DNA of 64,000 nucleotides, from assembly GCA_030390025.1 (NCBI GenBank), contig CM059432.1, positions 58,220,001 to 58,284,000 on the forward strand. The letters run 5' to 3'. The notes under the pieces are model-generated. The model was not told where the DNA came from and did not search any database. It saw nothing but the letters and a program-made list of their open reading frames with translations. Positions 60,430 through 64,000 of the stretch are shown here, piece by piece; within the stretch, counting starts at the first letter, position 1; every line of letters begins with the position of its first letter. Position numbers and translations under genes: made by a program. Source of the DNA: Squalus acanthias. Its lineage: Eukaryota.

Positions 60430-62354
60430 TAGTGTGTGACATCGCTTATTTTGAATATTACGAAAATTCACTAATTTTAAAATAATTCAATTTACTAGCA
60501 AGAGATTTTTGGAACGACGGGTTTAAGTTGCTCCAAGCCCTACTGTGAAAAATTTAAAATGCGTATCAGACTGCTGAGCCATGACAACACTCTTGGGTGC
60601 ACAGTGGAAAGTAACAATCATGAGGCTACAGGCTGATGCATGATACATAATGTTCAGGCATACTTTAAGCCTAGCTACTTCTTAGCAATAAAATAAATCT
60701 TCCTTTGTCAGGACTGCTCACGGAATTTAAAATGGCTCTCACATCTTAATTCAACATTTTGACCTGGAACCTTTGGATTTAATCAGCATGGACTCTATTT
60801 GCGAGCTTAAACTCCTAACCCAGCCCATCTACTTACAGCCTGTCTTAGCAAGATTGACCATTAGTCCCACTTAATGCTGCATCTCAGTGTGATTTTGAGC
60901 TTTGAACCGATATTCACTGGGAAATAGACTGAAACTAGGCCAAATTAATTTTGACGAGGATCTTTAACAGCGATTGTCATTTATTGTACATAAAGAAGAA
61001 CATTACAACCCATGCATATATTCTGAGGTACGTCGTTTATCAGGCCAGTTTTCTGACTGCACACTCCGAGTGCAGAGTTCCGCCTGCTGGGATGCATATT
61101 GGAAAATCACAGGTATATTTTCTCTCCATTAATGGAAAATCATGGGGAAAATGCCTACAACTTTCTGTGTGTATTCCAACTGGGTGAGGCTCTGCACCTG
61201 AGCATGCACTCTAAAATTGATACTTATATTTCTAAGCCTGCACAAAGGCTATGGGCAGGTCACAAAGGCACTTCTTATGGTCAAGATGACATGTATTACT
61301 GGTTTACAGGAATCCTAACAAAAGATTACATGAATCTATTGGGCTGGATTTTACTCCACTATACTGCCTTAAATAGCAGAGGAAAATCAGGTACGGAGCC
61401 TACCACTGCATCACTGCCCTTACCACCATTTATAAGATGATGAAGGGACAAGATTGTATTTGTTTAGAAAACTTGTTTCAACTAAATAGGATAAAGAGGT
61501 ACCTGGGGTCACAATCTCAAGTTATGTAAAGGCAGAACTAGGAGATGGTTCTTTTCCCAGTGAATAGTGGGCCTGTAGAACAGGCTGCTGGCTCATGCAG
61601 TGAACACTGATTTGCTGAATTCCTTCAAGCAAGAGCTGGACCTCTTTCTGGCTGTGGCAGAGATCGCCTCGCACAAGAGTAGGTACTGTATAACATTAAT
61701 CAGGGCACAGTGGTCTCCTGGACTAGTTTTGATTCCAATAGGGGAGGAATATTCCAGATTTTATTTTCTGTAATTGGCCTGGATTTTTAATCTGTTTTTT
61801 CACCTCTCCCAGGAGATTAAATGGTTTCCAGGTGGGGTGGGGAGTGTATGTAATGTGTTGCACAAGACATCACAATCATATGGACCAGTAGGTCTTTCCT
61901 CGTCCATCATTTTTCGTATGTTTCGTAAGAAACTCCAGGGATCGCTGGGAGAAGGCTGGCAGTGAATCCGGCAGTAGCAGCAGGAAGGCTGCTCAGAGAA
62001 TGTTGGAAAGGAAAGGGCCTCGTAGTCGGTCCTTTACCTCTTCATTGAGATCCCTTGCTCCAAAAAAAATCTTCAGGGCTCTTCTGCCCCTTTAACTGTA
62101 GCTACGCTGAATTTTGCTGCCTGGCAGAAGCAGGTTCTCTCTTGCTGGCGGAGATCCAACCGGGAGCCTGCCCTGCCCTGCATAGATAATCACCCCAACC
62201 CAGGAAAATGGGTCACGGTCACAGTGGAGTCAGGGAAACGGATGAAAGTCCCGCTCCAATCCTCCTCTGGTGGCGAATCAGCCCAGTCCAGAGGAAATGC
62301 CAGACCATCATGTCCACAAAGTCTTCTGACTAAGTTTGTAGCTGGGATCTTTGA

Positions 62355-64000
62355 GAATCATAGAATACCACAGCACAGGAGGCCATTCGGCCCATCGAGT
62401 CTGTGCCGGGTCTTTCGAAGAGCAATCCATTTAGTCCCACTCTCCCGCTCTTTCCCCATATCGCTGCAATTTTTTCTCATTCAAGTATTTATCCAATTCC
62501 TTTTGAAGGCTACTATTGAATCTGTATCCGCACCCTATCAGGCAGGGCATTCCAAATTCTAACCACTCCTTGCGTAAAAAAGCTTTTCCTCATGTTCTTT
62601 TGCCAATCACATTAAATCTGTGCCCTCTTGTTATCGACCCTTCAGCCAGTGGAAACTATTTGGGAGAAAAATTGAGTCACGCCCCCTTTGGGGCGCTAAC
62701 TTCGCCGGGTCGCTCTTTTTAGCGCCCCGAAAAAATTAGGGCCCCCGCGGCCAAAATTGAATGGTGGCGCCCCAAGAGGGAAGCGGGGCGCTACTGCAAG
62801 CGCCCTGCCTCCCTCTTGGAGCGCTGCGAGGGAATATCGCGGCGCTACGTGCCGCAGCGGCATGTCACGCCACGGTACTGCAGGCCTTCTTCCCCTTCTT
62901 AAAGGGGAGGGGCCTGGCGCAGCGCGTCCCGGCACCCAGCTGGGCCATCAGGGATCGGAGTGCCGGCAAAAGAGACTGGCACTGAAGAAAAGTGCTGGGC
63001 TGATGTAGCGCAGCCGGCATTCCGCGGGGGGGCTTCTCAGAAGGCCGGGGACGGCAACGGGGGCAGGTGCTGGCAGGCGGCCAGCAACAAAAATGGCTGC
63101 CCGGCACCTCGCCTTTAATTAGTGCTGCCCGGCCGCAGGTAGGCCCCCCTGACCTCGTTGGACATAGCGTCCGGCGGTAAGTCAGGGGGCGCTACCGAAG
63201 ATCGCGGCTGGGACACGAGCGGGGCGCTGTGCATGCCGATGATGTCATTGTTGGTGGCGCAGCACCGCTGGGCGCTAACAGTTACCGCCACCGCTAACCT
63301 CCCGCTGAATTTTGCGCGAGGCGTTGGCGGCGCCGCGCCCGGGCGCTAGTTGCTTTGTGCCCCATTAGCACCCTCTTCGGGTGCTAACGGGAGGCGCACA
63401 GCAACCAAATTTTTCCCCCTTTCTCTTTATTTACTCTATCTAAACCCTTCATGATTTTAAACAGCACTATCAAATCTTCTCTTAGCCTTCTCTGCTCCAG
63501 CTTCTCTAGTCTATCTACGTAACTGTAATCCCTCATCCCTGGAACCATTCTAGTAAATCTCTTCGGTACCCTCGCCAAAGCCTTCACGTCCTTCCTAAAG
63601 TGTGGTGCCCGGAATTGGACACAATTCTCCAGCTGGGGCCAAACTAGCATTTTATCTAGGTTTAGCGTAACTTCCTGGCTTTTGTACTCTATGCCGCTAT
63701 TTATAAAGCCCAGGATCCCATCTGCTTTATTAACTGCTTTGTTAACCTGTCCTGTCACCTTCGAAGATTTGTGTACAAACACCCCCAGGTCTCTCTGTTC
63801 TTGTATCCTCTTGTACCATTTAGTGTGTGTGATCTCTCCTCATTCTTCCTACCAAAATGTATCACCTCACACTTCTCTGCATTAAATTTCATCTGCCATG
63901 TGTCTGCCCATTCCACCAGCCTGTCTATGTCTTCGTGAAGTCTATTACTATCTTCCTCATTGTTTACTACACTTTCAAATTTCGTGTAATCTGCAAATTT
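62355..64000 (-). mobile_element. CR1 fragment (62355-62661, 63420-64000) interrupted by a MITE
   Basis: ORF 63384..63782; GAATCATAGAAT tail; rejoins as ggaaactaTTTctcttt. Confidence 0.88.
62662..63419. mobile_element. Harbinger MITE of the TAGCGCC family
   Basis: TIRs GGGAGAAAAATT and AATTTTTCCCCC; TSD TTT; right end homologous to 46860-46960. Confidence 0.9.

Overview
A repeat-saturated vertebrate window with no confidently identifiable host gene. The repeat families (CR1 tails (CATAAGAA)n/(TCATAGAA)n, DeuSINE, Penelope pLTRs) suggest a cartilaginous fish; this is an inference. It contains many nested CR1 and L2 LINE fragments and at least two PIF/Harbinger families with convergent Myb/SANT and HARBI1-like transposase genes, plus their non-autonomous derivatives. 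It also holds one apparently intact, very young Gypsy LTR retrotransposon (54932-59360), a probable 1.14-kb solo LTR, a decayed gag-like fragment, and three Penelope-like insertions carrying five minimal hammerhead ribozyme motifs. Two signals stand out. First, the Gypsy element has no tRNA PBS but has an 11-nt self-complementary PBS/LTR pairing that overlaps its poly(A) signal, together with a YLDN RT active site. Second, the Penelope-derived foldbacks include a perfect spacerless 396-bp palindrome with a covarying hammerhead on both strands. A few low-confidence host exon candidates are noted. All coordinates were read by eye.
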